Assembly (NCBI GenBank): GCA_965287045.1
Contig: OZ336899.1
Coordinates: forward strand, 32,550,001-32,614,000
Length of the DNA stretch: 64,000 nucleotides
From: Carcharhinus amblyrhynchos
Lineage: Eukaryota
Direction: 5' to 3'
Below the pieces are notes generated by a model, which ran no database searches, was not told the origin of the DNA, and was given only the letters and a program-made list of their open reading frames with translations. Each line of letters starts with the position of its first letter. Position 1 is the first letter of the stretch. Shown here in pieces: positions 63,901-64,000 of this stretch. The position numbers and the translations under genes are program-made.

Positions 63901-64000
63901 GGCAGGCGGGGGGCGTGGTAGATAAATTCCAACTTGTATGTACAAACACAAATGAAATTCCACTTTTTACATAGACCTAATACACAGTTACGATTTTAAA

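Noticed and set aside
1-64000. The many 60-190 aa ORFs in the six-frame track as genes
   Set aside because: They are LINE, SINE or LTR fragments, their antisense shadows, or chance ORFs. None of the real CEP104 exons appears as a sense ORF in the track.
49170-64000. Next CEP104 exon (expected AWKxHL...C motif completing zinc finger 4)
   Set aside because: Not found; tggaaagctc at ~53908 lacks an acceptor and the following His/Cys. It probably lies beyond the window.

Overview
Eukaryotic, vertebrate genomic DNA, almost certainly from a shark or other chondrichthyan. This is inferred from the HE1-type V-SINEs, a SacSINE/Deu-type SINE and dense CR1 LINEs. The window lies inside one + strand gene, CEP104. 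Four consecutive internal coding exons (17185-17260, 24342-24450, 27919-28057, 49102-49169) splice in frame with GT-AG boundaries and encode the C-terminal C2HC zinc-finger array. The upstream and downstream exons were not found and probably lie outside the window. The rest is intron packed with nested retroelements: CR1, Rex1/Babar, L2-like, a tRNA-headed CR1-group LINE/SINE pair, V-SINEs with two different tails, decayed Gypsy and Penelope-like elements (PLEs). Almost all ORFs in the supplied track are repeat fragments or noise. The most striking signal is a set of short palindromic PLE-derived inserts carrying minimal hammerhead ribozymes. The best is a near-perfect 317-bp hairpin (20992-21308) with an intact hammerhead in each orientation and a 12-bp target-site duplication (TSD). 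Other notable items are a ~515-bp templated local duplication inserted into a CR1 endonuclease remnant, a V-SINE tail that resembles the Rex1 LINE 3' end, a LINE that starts with a tRNA-derived SINE head, and inverted young CR1 copies bracketing CEP104 exons. Repeat boundaries are by-eye estimates, and family names rest on motif recognition, not database searches.
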